NCBI RefSeq assembly: GCF_001194135.2
Contig: NC_068982.1
Span: forward strand, 98,271,418-98,311,528
DNA: 40,111 nt
Direction of reading: 5' to 3'
Source: Octopus bimaculoides
Lineage: Eukaryota
Part shown: piece after piece, positions 21,960 through 33,999 of the stretch
Numbering within the stretch: position 1 is the first letter of the stretch
Layout of the letters: the number at the start of each line of letters is the position of its first letter
Notes under the pieces: generated by a model
Databases searched by the model: none
Told to the model about the DNA's origin: nothing
The model's input: only the letters and a program-made list of their open reading frames with translations
Translations under genes and position numbers: made by a program

Positions 21960-22165
21960 GTATGTGTTTGTCCGCACAACATCGCTTGATAACCGATCTT
22001 GGTGTGTTTACGTCCCCGTAACCTAGCGGTTCGGCGAAAAGAGACCGATAGAATAAGTACTAGGCTTACAAAGAATAAGTCCTGGGGTCGATTTGCTCGA
22101 CTGAAGGCGGTGCTCCAGCATGGCCGCAGTCAAATGACTGAAACAAATAAAAGAATAAAAGAATA
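21960..22165 (+). mobile_element. SINE family B, 3' half
   Basis: gtgtttacgtccccgtaacctagcggttcggcgaaaagagaccgatagaataagtactaggcttacaaagaataagtcctggggtcgatttgctcgact...gactgaaacaaataaaagaataaaag. Confidence 0.93.
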
Positions 22166-22167
22166 AA

Positions 22168-22839
22168 AGAATATATCACTTCAATGGCTCTCCAAAATTG
22201 GCTATGCAGAAGTTTCTCTTCAATCCGTCTGGCGTGCTCTTTTTGTATTTGATTCTTGTCCTTTTCTCCTATTACGCTCTTAGTCACCTGCTCTTTATTC
22301 ACTGTCTTTAGTAGTTTTTTTCTGTGCTGCTCTGTAAATACTGCCCCCAAGCTTTGTCTTTCCATCTGTACACATTCTTCTACTGCTATTAAACCTCGTT
22401 CACCCTGGCCTATCCTCAAGTACAGCTGGTCGATATCAGCTTTCGGATGGTGGGCTCCATACATTGTCAACAACTTTCTAGTTTTTCTGTTAAGTTTCTT
22501 TAAATCGTTCTTGGTCGAATCTATAATTCCAACTCCATATTTGATTAAGGGTACTGCTCTTGAATTTATTACTTCAATAAGATTTTTTGAATTCAGCTTT
22601 GACTGCCAATAATTTTCATACTCTCCTTGTGTACACCCACCCTACTGGTAAATTGTTTCATTTCTTCATTTCTATCTCGTCTGCTTGCAGTATTCCCAAG
22701 TACTTATACCACTGTCCTTTCTCAACCACTTTCATTGTTTGCCCATTTGGCATTTCAATTCCCTCGCTTCTTTCAAATCTTCCGCGTTTCATTTTCAATA
22801 CAGCACACTTTTTTTAATCCTAAATTCTATACTTACGTC

Positions 22840-22840
<1 letters not shown>
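22168..22840 (-). mobile_element. R4/Dong-clade LINE fragment (end of RT and post-RT region)
   Basis: KKCAVLKMKRGRFERSEGIEMPNGQTMKVVEKGQWYKYLGILQAD; SKLNSKNLIEVINSRAVPLIKYGVGII..LNRKTRKLLTMYGAHHPKADIDQLYLRIGQGERGLIAVEECV. Frameshifted. Confidence 0.92.
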
Positions 22841-23179
<339 letters not shown>

Positions 23180-23694
23180 GCTTTATATATATATATATAG
23201 GCACTAAATTAATTATTATTATTATTACAAGCAGCTGGAAATGGTGACCCAGTGTAACTTGTTGTTTCTGAGCGCTCTATACGAAGGAATACACATTATC
23301 AAATGTTCAGTAAGTGATTTTTCCCTGCACTAACTCGGCAAATACGACGGAGTCTATGTTTCGTTGAGGAAGCCTAGATTCCAGACTAAGACTGAAACAT
23401 AGTCAAGGCCATCTCCCATTTTATGTTGAAATAAATAAAGAAATAAAACTAATGGAAATTCTATGGTTATTTTGAAGACTATAAGATTGTTGGAAGTTTA
23501 TAGAAAATAACGAAGTATATAATTTCTTTTCTAATTGTCTCCCCACCCGACCACCCACTGAAGCACTTTATACTCGAAAACTTTGAAAACTACATTCTTT
23601 GTCATACACTTGCTATCGCTTCAACCTTGCAACTTCTCATCTGTTATATCCTGTCTCTAGGTCAAGACGTAAACAATCTTATCTTTTTTGTTTT

Positions 23695-24090
23695 TCTTTT
23701 ATTCTTTTATTTGTTTCAGCCATTTGACTGCGGCCATGCCGGAGCACCGCCTTTAGTCGAGCAAATTGACCCAAGGAACTTATTCTTTGTAAGCCTAGTA
23801 CTTATCCTATCGGTCTCTTTTGCCGAACTGCTAATTTAGGGAGACGTAAACACACCAACATCGGTTGTCAAGCGATGGTGGGGAACAAACACAGACACAC
23901 AAACACACACACACACACATACACACACGACAGGCTTCTTTCAGTTTCCGTCTACCAAATCCACTCACAAGGCTTTGGTCAGCCCAAGGCTATAGTAGAA
24001 GACACTTGCCCAAGGTGTCACGCAGTGGGACTGAACCCGGAACCATGTGGTTGGTAAGCAACCTACTTACCATACAGTCACTCCTGCGCC
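23695..24090 (-). mobile_element. SINE family B, full length
   Basis: Complete reverse copy, from the tail ttcttttatttgtttcagccatttgactgcggcc to the head ...cagtcactcctgcgcc. Confidence 0.95.
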
Positions 24091-24364
24091 TATGCCTGTC
24101 TAAAGCATTTTTATAAGTTTGCCCTAAATATCCATATTTGTTTTCTGGTTTTTAGTTAATACTTCTTTCATACGTTCAGAATTAGATAAGCTTTCTTTTC
24201 ATAAGTACTAAGTTTGCACTAACGCTTGAAAAAATTACAAAAATTTGTAACATATCTGATGCTTGGATGCCGAGGTAATATGTCCTGTTTATCACATGTG
24301 ATATTTAGGAACGACAGAGTTATCTATGGAATATTGTCAAAGATATAATCTACTTATAATATCA

Positions 24365-24555
24365 TTCTTTTCTACTTTAGGCACAAGGCTCGAAATTTTG
24401 GTGGAGGAGGAAGTTAATTAGATCGATACCAGTATGTAACTGGTACTTAATTTATCGACCCCGAAAGGATGAAAATGGAATGTTTTTCTCACGATCACAA
24501 CGCACCACCTGGCTCAGGAACCGAAACCACAATTTTACTATCGTAAGCTCAAATA
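24365..24555 (-). mobile_element. Partial SINE A tail/body (24365-24480) fused to a degenerate SINE C/D head (24480-24555)
   Basis: tctactttaggcacaaggctcgaaatt...gaccccgaaaggatgaaa, then acaacgcaccacctggctcaggaaccgaaaccacaat. Confidence 0.7.
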
Positions 24556-24682
24556 CTCTCACCACGCTATTTCACAGTAGAATAATATTATAGTTAATGT
24601 TAGTGAATGACTAATATGTTTCCACTTACTGCATAATTATTTCCAAGTTACTCTCATTTGTTATTTAATACTCCTTTGCATT

Positions 24683-25067
24683 GTTGTTGGCACTCCGTCG
24701 CTTACGACGTCGAGGGTTCCAGTTGATCCTATCAACGGAACAGCTTGCTCGTGAAATTAACGTGCAAGTGGCTGAGCACTCCACAGACACGTGTACCTTT
24801 AACGTAGTTCTTGGAGATATTCAGCGTGACACAGTGTGACAAGGCTGACCCTTTGAATTACAGGCACAACAGAAGCAGGAAGTAAGAGTGAGAGAAAGTT
24901 GTGGTGGAAGAGTACAGCAGGGTTCACCAACATCCCCTGCTGGAGCCTCGTGGAGCCTTAGGTGGTTTCGCTCAATAAACACTCACAACGCCCTGTCTGG
25001 GAATCGAAACCGCAATCCTATGACCGCGAATCCGCTGCCCTAACCACTGGGCCATTGCGCCTCCACT
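24683..25067 (-). mobile_element. SINE family C, full length with TSD
   Basis: Complete copy. The direct repeat ctcctttgcatt lies at 24671-24682 and 25068-25079. Confidence 0.96.
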
Positions 25068-25802
25068 CTCCTTTGCATTAAACATGTTAGTACAAACTTA
25101 AATACTACAAAAAAAAAAACAATAAATAAATAATATTCGATAAATAAATAATCAAAATGGAAATATATATATATATATATATAAACCAAACTAACACGGA
25201 ATCAGAGTAAACTAGTTATTGTCTGTGTCGAGAAAAAAAAAGTAGAAAGAAAAGGAAGATTGTTCACACGGTTAATAACTACATTTACCCAGATCATCTG
25301 GTGTTAAGGAATTCTGCTTGTAGTTATGTCATTTTTATACTTCTTTCATTATAATCTGCCTTAAGACAGTCTTAATATGTCTTCTTTTCCATTACTCTGA
25401 GAAAATGGAAAAGTTGAAACGAAAATATTATTTATTGAAATGATATTATATATTCTTTAATATTTTCACTATTATTTTAATAATGTTATTATTCTCCAAC
25501 GACATATTTCCAGTTTACTATCATTTTATTTAAGTTTATTTTTCGAAAATCATTGATTGTTAAACATGGACGAGAAAATTATATCCCTGTCTATGATGTC
25601 ACGCTCCTCGTGCTATTAAAAGATAGTAAAGCGAAGTTTGTGTATCTATGTATATTTCAAATATTTTAATGCAATAGTACATTGTCACCCATATACCTAT
25701 TGCATAACGCCAAGGGAAGTAACTCAAAAAGAATAAGAAGCAGTTATGGTTGAGGTGGTGGAGGAGATGTTGGCGTCGATAATGGTGAATGGAAGAATAT
25801 TC

Positions 25803-25990
25803 AGAGAGAGTGAGAGAGGGGGTGAGAAATAGAGAGAAGGTGGGAGAGAGAGAGGGAGAGGGAGAGAGAGGGGGAAAGAGAGACGGAGGGGGAGAGAGTG
25901 AGAGAAAGAGAGAGGGAGAGAGAAAGAAAACACGCATACGCGCACGCGTGCGAGACAGAGAGATACGATCGAGAGAGAGAGACAGATAGG

Positions 25991-26060
<70 letters not shown>

Positions 26061-26197
26061 GGAGAGAACACGTGTGTCAGAGAGTTTGAGAGTCAGAGAG
26101 AACGTGCATGAGAAAGAGAATCGCGTGACAGGGGGGAAAGTGTGTGTGAGAGAGAGAACGCGTGAGAAAGAGAGAGAGAGAGAGTGAGCGAGAGAAC

Positions 26198-26230
<33 letters not shown>
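25803..26230. repeat. GA-rich simple repeat region
   Basis: (GA)n with variants; similar tracts at 580-670, 14820-15000 and 27860-27975. Confidence 0.95.
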
Positions 26231-26234
<4 letters not shown>

Positions 26235-26479
26235 TAAGACAGGATTGTAAAAAGTAAAAACCTAAAAGAGGGTGTTAAAGTGAACATGCAAGAGAAAGAG
26301 GGTAAACAGTGATATAGAGAATTAAATACTACAAGAGCAGGTGAGGAAGAAGAATTATAGGATGCAGCAAAGTTTGTGATGTCACTGTTTCTTTCGTATT
26401 TCTCTCAATCTTCAATCTCTCTCTGCGTTTTTTTAATGTATTTTGAAGTGTATCTTAGAAATATAAAATTTTCATTGTC

Positions 26480-27690
26480 ACTAAGACTATAAAAACACCT
26501 CGACGACCAACAACAGAAATAACGAGTAGGTTTCCGTGAGGATGTTCGGTCACATATTCACTCTAACATAGCTCATAGAACGAGCAAAAGATAGCTAGCT
26601 TCCTCTGTGTTTCGCTTTTGTTGATTACGAAAAGGTCTTCGATAGCGTCGAGTTGAAAGCAGTGTTGAAATCTCTGAGAATGGAAGGTGTCGAGGCGCAA
26701 TACATCAAAATGTTCAGAGATACGGACTCTGAATGCGCAACAGATATAGCTCTGCCAGGGTCCCAACTGAGAAGAGTGTCAAACAAGAAGATACAATTTC
26801 TCCAAAGCTCTTTACCGTATATCTAGAAATGGTCGTCAGGGAAATCGAGTGGGCAGGTAGCGTGAACATCAATGGTGAGCAACTAACACTCTTCCGCTTC
26901 GAAGATGACATTGTACTCATCGCTGAAACCATAGATCAGTTGCAGATCATGCCGACAGAGCCTGAATACTTAGAGCTTAGCAGTAGGTCTTAAAATGAAC
27001 CACATGGAAATAAGATACAAGCGATCGGAAGATGTAGCACAAGGCCGGATAGAGGTGGGAAGCGATGACATCGAGATGGTAAAGGAGTACGTCTACTTAG
27101 GGCGCACAATGAATTTGCCACGAGATGTGGATGCTGAAATCTCAAAGAAAATAAGGGCAGGATGGAAGGCAGTTAAACTCAATAAAGGATGTACTCCAAA
27201 CAAAGCTAGATGTACTCCAAACAAAGTTAGACAATGCCGAACGAGCCAAACTCTTCAATAGTATCGTCCTGTGTTCTTATATTCAGGTGAGATGTAGGCT
27301 AGTACAAAGAGAAGAAAACATCGATTGGCTACGACGCAAAGAGCAATGGAAACATCAATGCTAGGAATATCACTGAGAGCACATTTGAAATGAGATAGTT
27401 CGAGAATGGAGTGGAGTGAACGGTGTGATCGCAGAATACCGTAAGCATAAAATCCGCTGGGGCCAGACATGGCGCAAGGCTCAGAGACAACAGGTGGAGC
27501 CGTGCAGTTACCGAGTGGTATGTAGGAGATGGGAAAAAAACTTCTTGGAAGGCCTCCACGACGGAGAGAAGACGATTTAGTCAAGCAATTTCGGTTAAGT
27601 TAGAAAAGAATGACGCAATCAAGACATACTTGGAAGCGCATTGTAATCAGTGGTGTATAACAGCATCTGATGGTCTACTCGATAGAGTGA
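26480..27690 (+). mobile_element. Decayed RTE-clade LINE, RT domain through 3' end
   Basis: HLDDQQQK*RVGFRE; LCFAFVDYEKVFDSVE; KSVKQEDTISPKLFT; LFRFEDDIVLIAE (YADD-equivalent); EMVKEYVYLGRTM..EISKKIRAGW; post-RT region. Has an internal 22-bp tandem duplication at about 27188-27231. Confidence 0.95.
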
Positions 27691-27860
27691 TATTGAGATA
27701 TATATATTCTATTATTCATTTGGTCTTCCACCGGTTATTCGATTGCAGCCATACGTTGGCACTGCCTTTGGGAGTTTAGGACAGCATATCGATTCCAGTA
27801 ATTGCTTTTAAATAGCATAAACATACTATACACACAGATTTATGTGTGTGTGTGTTTGTG

Positions 27861-27927
<67 letters not shown>

Positions 27928-28029
27928 GGAGAGAAAGAGAGAGAGATGGAGAGAAAGTGAGACAGACAGACAGACAAAGAAAAAGGGTGGGTAAAAACAA
28001 TGGGCTTCAATACTGTCATCAAATTTCGC

Positions 28030-28130
28030 TCGAGACTAGTAGAAGATACTTGCCTAAAGTGTTACGTAGTGGAATCAAACGCGGAACCATATGGCTACAA
28101 AGCGAACTTTTTAACCATACAGCCTTGCCT
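28030..28130 (-). mobile_element. SINE family B head fragment
   Basis: tagtagaagatacttgcctaaagtgttacgtagtggaatcaaacgcggaaccatatgg. Confidence 0.75.
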
Positions 28131-28499
28131 GCACCAATATTACTGATATGTCTTTTTAGATTCACACCTCAGTGAAGCGACTTACTATGCTTCGTACACC
28201 GAGACTGTGGATTCAAGTTTATCCATGTCAAATTTTCTATGATATGAAAATAAGGATGGAAAACAGCCTTTTAATTTTTCTTAAAAGTTTACCAGCATAA
28301 TCGAACAGTAGAAGTATTATATTGTAGAAAGATTATATCTTCGATTTCATCTCTTAGTTAAAATTGTTTACTTGAAGTAAAGTGAAAAATAATAGATAAC
28401 AACTTTCAAAGTAGAAGAAATAAGTGTATAACAAGGAATACAGCTTCCAGAGATGTTGTTTTCCAAAGACCTACTACTACTACTACATGTGTGCACTTT

Positions 28500-30505
28500 T
28501 ACACTATCTAAAGAATCAAGTGTTGGAAACAAAATACAATTTCAAAAGAAATTATATATTTCATGGTTCTCTATAGACTTTCAACCATCTAACAGTCCTC
28601 AAACTAACCGTTCAACTTCTACGGATAATCATAGTATTGAATTATTACAGTTGTTCTTTAAACTTCAATAAACACTCATCAACTAAACCAAGAAGCAAAG
28701 GCGCTCCAGTCGTATTCACTTCGATTTTTGGCCTTCATAAAATCCATCAATGAAGAACTTGTAGCCATGGCCACTCGTTCATCTAGGAGGACAGAATTTG
28801 TCTAGAGACATTGAAGGAGCATAAATTTCTTCTTAGCCATCAGATTTCAGTTCTTTTAATCCTTGCCCAGCACCTCATTTCCCCAGTGATGCATAATCTG
28901 ACCACGATTTCTATCCCAACGGCAATAGTTCACGGAGCAGCCCTTTTTATCCAAAGCCACCTGGTGTTTTTTTTTTTTTTTCTGCAGTTTCACTTGCAGA
29001 TTGGATGGCCTTCTTATTTACCATCCAAGGGGAAAACCCATTCTGTTGAGCATGCTGTTGAGCATCCTGCAAAGCCTCTACATCCCAGTTCTATAGGCTC
29101 ATAATGTTCTCCAGCCTCCGTTCTGATCACATTTTCTCTCTTTGATTACTAATACACTCTTCCCAGGGAACTGCGGGTTACAGCATAGTCATTTGTTTTG
29201 TTGTGTCAGTGGTGATAATCCTATCTGGCAGCACCGATGTTGCTACGGTGCCGTGAAATATGCAGCTGTCTACCCAAATTGATTTCCTAAGGATTTTCTT
29301 GCTGTTTTGAAGAAACTAAATGAAGATGTAAATTTCACTAACAATGCTTATTGAGTTTTCTAAAAATACGGCACTGTCATGTTAGATATTTCACATAAAT
29401 TTATAGAATGTCCAAGGCAATAAATTTTGAGAGTTTGGAATTATAAATCCTTCACTCTAATAGTAATTCCTTTCCCAATATATTGTTTGCTCCATCGTAT
29501 ACTTTTGCTTTTAACTGAGACAGAGAAAGTTATAAATGAAATAATCCAACTTCGAGTAGCGAATAACGGTGATATTAAGAAAATTGAGACTTTCTGAAAT
29601 CCGAGGAAATCTTCAGCTTTCAATGCTGGAATACTTAATTAAACAGGCAGAAAGTGTCACTTGTCTCAAATTTGCCGCAATTGTACTCATCAGCTATCAA
29701 GGAAAGAAATGTACTTCTACAAATATGCACAACTTCCATTTTAAGAATGTGTTTAATCATATTGTGTATTAATTTACTTTGGTAATCAGAGTATGAATAT
29801 GATTGCATCAGATAATTTGTTTCCAGCCGTTTTGTCAAACAGTGATCATCTTTGCTTCATGAGTTTAAAAAGCAACGATTTGTCCACACGGATTCTGTAT
29901 AAACAAATTCCATAACTGCCAAGAAGTATGTCCTTCCACTAATACGTTGTGAATCTTGAATCATTTCAAGAAAATAATTACATTTGTGAATGATGATTTC
30001 AATTCAGAGAACGTATCTAAGACATTGCAATTGTCGTATCTAAGATATTGCAATTGTTCATGAACGTTAAAAGAATTTTTTATAACTTTTAGGGATGAAT
30101 GTAGGATCCTTGTTTCCCTAATTTGCTCATTTAATTTTGAATAGCACGTATAAAACAACAGTGTTGTTTTCTAATCTGTAGTGTAGCTAGTTGATTCTGG
30201 TTGGAGATTGAAACCTTGCCGATTGGTATAAACTGTCTGTGAGCCAGAGATTGTTGTTCAGATGTTGTTACTTATGTCTGGACGAAATGGTTGTTTAATA
30301 ACATCACTAATTGTTGTTACATTGTCGAAAGACTTGGAAGAATTAGAACCTTCACAATTATATGGTTCAGATACATCAGCGGGAAATGAAACGATTGATT
30401 CTCGTAATGTTGTGGATTCATGGAGTTGAACCAGAGGTCACATTGCTCTCATTAGGATCGTAAGAATCTACTAATTCATTGCTATTTCATCATTTGTGTT
30501 TTCTG
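28500..30505 (-). pseudogene. Heavily decayed hAT transposase (ZMYM1/THAP12-like, DUF4371 type), interrupted by a LINE at about 28800-29280
   Basis: Minus-strand pieces occur in the correct order: KQPFRPD..LLFYTC..FNVHEQ (TTF-finger-like); LVEGH..WNLF; YSDYQSKLIHNMIKHIL..TFLSLIADE (first catalytic D); EDFLGF; YDGANNILGK (second D); YCLGHSINL (CxxH); then after the LINE, FCPPR*T (CPTRW motif). Many stops and frameshifts. Confidence 0.85.
28800..29280 (-). mobile_element. Hero-like (RLE-bearing) non-LTR retrotransposon 3' end
   Basis: NLGRQL..ATSVLPDRII..KQMTML*PAVPWEE..YEPIELGCRGFAG..KAIQSASETAEK..TRWLWIKRAAP* (stop 28930-28932). This matches the LRPD..ELTVPWE..EVGCRGF..SRWLWIKR C-terminus of Hero-type elements. 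About 130 nt of 3' UTR follow. Confidence 0.85.
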
Positions 30506-31195
30506 CTGTATAAATGGGTAAAAATACGAGAAAAGATTATTTAGATTAGTCATATCTGAGTCAACAAATTCTGTATGTACTGATTTCATGAATTATTCAG
30601 TGAAATACTAGGTGTATAGTAAAATTCATAACGCTCCAATCTTGTACGATATGTTTAGCTCTAATTCTGTAAAGATTATGTACTGAGGTGAGGGAAGCAC
30701 TAATCACGATTCTGTACATGAAGCTATTCATTACATAATGGGCAAAACTCTTATGTTGTCGCTAGATCTGCTAGAACTAGCAGCCAAGTTTAGAACAACA
30801 TAACTAAATAAGTTTTTGGAAAGTTATTTACCTCATGGAACGAACAAGATATATTGAAAGCAAAGCCATCGACATAATTGAATGGCGGACGAAAGATAAA
30901 AAGATGTGTAGATCGGACATGTGGAGAGTGAAGCTGTTGAAATAAAAGAGAATCAAAGCAACGCTTTTTATTGAAATATATTGAAATTAAAAATTCTTAA
31001 ATTGTAGAATTTAATTTACTCTAAACAAGGTGCAATGTTTGTATTTTAAATACATTTTCAAAAACAAAAATCTTTGTTGAGATTAGAATATGAATCGGAC
31101 ATTGTGTTAACAGTGATTAGAAACGTGATTGATGGTGTATCAAGATCTACAATAATTTCATAAATTATGACTGAAAATATAAAAGACGAGATAGT

Positions 31196-31272
31196 TACAG
31201 CTGGGGTGCGTTTAATCATAGGTCTACTTGATCAAGGCTGACCTGGGGCTAAAGAACAACAATAATAACAAT
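31196..31272 (+). mobile_element. 3' tail of a dispersed repeat (family E, SINE/LINE-tail-like)
   Basis: ataggtctacttgatcaaggctgacctggggctaaagaacaacaataataacaa. Related pieces lie at 35383-35525 (-) and 35975-36115 (+), and a shared ctagaaatagcag motif occurs near 3426, 20398, 30768 and 35980. Confidence 0.55.
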
Positions 31273-31320
31273 TTCTATATCTCGAAAATCTGACGAAAAA
31301 GTCTATTCGTGGTCGCTCAT

Positions 31321-32220
31321 CTATCCATCCATCCATCCATCCATCCATCCATCCATCCACCCATCATCTACACCCACCATTTCTGGGAAAATCTTTGGGG
31401 TAGAGTCCTCAGGCACCTATTCTTATCAGGAGTATTTTTTCGGCTGGATTCCCAAGGGTGACTAACTGAGACTGTGGATATTACCCGACCATATCGTTCT
31501 CGTTTTAGGCCTATCCCAAAGTTTCCTGCCAGTTGGTTCGGCTTAAAGAATCCGCCTTGCAAATCTTTCCTGTGACATTCTAAACACATGCCCGTAGTAC
31601 CGGAGCTGTAATCTCTGAATTGCGAAGTAGCAGCTCGACCTAGAGAGACTCTCTGATCTAAGAGTTACGCACCTTGTCGAATAACTTTACTCTAGAGATC
31701 CTCAGAACTCCATTTCGGCCACTCGTATTCGCGATCGTATACTTTTGGTTATTACCCAACATTCAAGATCATAGGTGAAGATAGGTATGCAAACTGAATT
31801 GAAGATAGCGACTTCGGTTTTTTTCTGTAAAGCATTTCCTCTTCTGAGGCTCGAATGCTGAGACTGGAGCATTTCTATGGCAGTACCTGTAATTCTAGCA
31901 CTCCATTCAACTTTTTGTCTCCCCTCATTCATGAATAGAGCCTCGAGATACTAGCATGCAGAGTGCACTGGGAAGACTTTCTCGACAGGACCAATGTCTT
32001 AGTTTTTGCGACATTAAATCTCACTCAGCAGCGAATCCATTTTGCACATACTGGAGATCATATTTTTATGAGCCATGTAACACCATGTCGTCAACAAATA
32101 TCAGCCTGGCGATCCTACACCCATCGATTGTGATAACACTACCACAAGAACTGTGCATGTCACTCCAGTTAAAATAGCCAGAAATACCATCCAAATTCCC
32201 CTTGTATGACATTCTAATGA
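31321..32220 (-). mobile_element. RTE-clade (Expander/Rex3-like) LINE 3' fragment with (TGGA)n tail
   Basis: RIARLIFVDDMVL (YADD-equivalent); KKTEVAIFNSVCIPIFTYDLECWVITKSIRSRIRVAEMEF; decayed LRWFGHV/GRP region. It ends in a (ccat)n array at 31321-31365, read as (TGGA)n on the element strand. Confidence 0.92.
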
Positions 32221-32365
32221 CTTAAAAAGGCAAAGGTTACAGTTAAATTACTCCTAGATACCCATAAAAAAAAATAACGGAATGCCATTAATGGTCGGTT
32301 TACCCCACCTTTGTTGACCTGAGTTGAAGTAAAGTAATAATAATTATAAAGTTTAACTGTAGCAA

Positions 32366-32715
32366 TTTTCAATACATATACAATCTTGTGCTATTAACTA
32401 CTACATATAATATTCTCTAGCTACGTTTCAGTTTAGTACCACGATACTATACAAGTTCTGTTAACTACGATATATAACTGTACTTTATGAAGCTACATTT
32501 CAATATATGTATCATACGACTAAACAAGTGCCATTAGCTATTATAGTTAATTACCTTACAAGCCACATTGCAATATATGTACCATCTTTACTTTACATGC
32601 ACTATTAACTTCAATTTCTAACAACTTTATCAAAATATAATCCAATATATGTATCATGGTATTATAGAAGTGCTATTTAAATCAGTCTTTAACTACTTAA
32701 ACCATATTTCAATAG
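32366..32715. repeat. Ancient, degenerate minisatellite of about 70 bp, about 5 units
   Basis: Recurring anchors tttcaatatatgtatcat and caagtgctattaact at about 60-72 bp spacing. Confidence 0.6.
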
Positions 32716-33283
32716 TATAATACTTCTGTACATATATGTGTGTGTGAACTCATATCTCACTGTACTTTGTCAAACCATATTTTAATGTATATGCCATTCT
32801 TCTGTATATGACAAATATGAAATTATATCTAACTATAAAGAAATCATTTCTAAATTTTATCGCATCTCTTATTTTATCTGAGCTGTCACTGTTCACACTA
32901 GGTAGCTCTGAATACAAGAAGCTATCGCTACCGCTACAAGAAAAGATAAATGGTGATGGGAGAGATAAATACATAGAGTTTTTAAAATGTTTCGTGGATA
33001 TGCAGCGCTGGGGAGTTTGCTGTTCTCAATTAAATAACCAACCGTTGATTTATGTAAGATATAATACAGATTCAAACGGTTGCTTGAATCTATTTATTGC
33101 ACCTGTTGTAATAAATAAAAGTTGAGCAATGAATTAATAAGTTGTCTAATAGTAACATCGATCTATTTTAGTAAACATTGCATTTACTATGGGACAGCAG
33201 AAGCAGTAGAGAGCTAAACTAAGTAGTTCGCTTGATTTACTTCCATATTCCTTAAACTTGAATTCAAATTTGTCTCACAAACC

Positions 33284-33955
33284 CAGTGGTGGCTCGTGTA
33301 TAGGAACTGCGGAACTGCACCCTATTTCCACTCGATATCATCGATAACATTCATGAGTCTTATTTTCTAATGAGTCTTATTTTCTAATGAGTCTTATTTT
33401 CTTTAATTCTTTCTTTATACTTGTACATTATATAATCGTTAAGCTTAATGTCAGTAGCCATCCCCTAGTTTATGAAAAAAATACAAAAATCCTTGTATAG
33501 AACTGTGCGCTTACACTTCCAGCGACGCTGTTGTGCGTATGCTCACATGTCCGAGATAGGAAGCTTCACAATAGGGAGAGAGAGCCCTGCGTGAACGACA
33601 GTGCCAGGTGGAAGGTAGTGTTTCTTTTTGACTTTGCGTGTGTTGTGCTTAAAAACGTGTTTATATTCTTGAATGTGATAGAGTGTAGAATTAGATTATT
33701 ATACTGCTTCCAGCTTCAGTGTTGCTGCCAGGATTTGAAAAATAGAGCACATTTCCCCTCACTTATTTTGTAATTTTAGGGGGTAATTTTTGAAAAGCAA
33801 GGGGGAATTCGCGGCAGTGGCTAAAACAAGAACTGATCAAGTTTATGTATAAATTTTCTTTTTATATGTTTGTTTCCTTTTACACAATATTAAAACAACG
33901 GTTAAAAATCTTGTGAAGCAGCACCCCCACTAATTTTATCTATGATCCACCACTG
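33284..33955. mobile_element. 672-bp non-autonomous hAT-type DNA transposon
   Basis: TIRs cagtggtggctcgtgtata and revcomp cagtggtggatcatagata (15/19). 8-bp TSD cacaaacc (33276-33283) / ctcaaacc (33956-33963), 7/8. Internal (atgagtcttattttcta)x3. Confidence 0.88.
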
Positions 33956-33999
33956 CTCAAACCGCTTGGTCATCTTGTCAAGGTTAATAAAATAAGCAA

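Noticed and set aside
23354-23402. Hairpin ctatgtttc...gaaacatag
   Set aside because: A 9-bp stem with a strongly asymmetric interior (11 vs 5 nt), not pre-miRNA-like.
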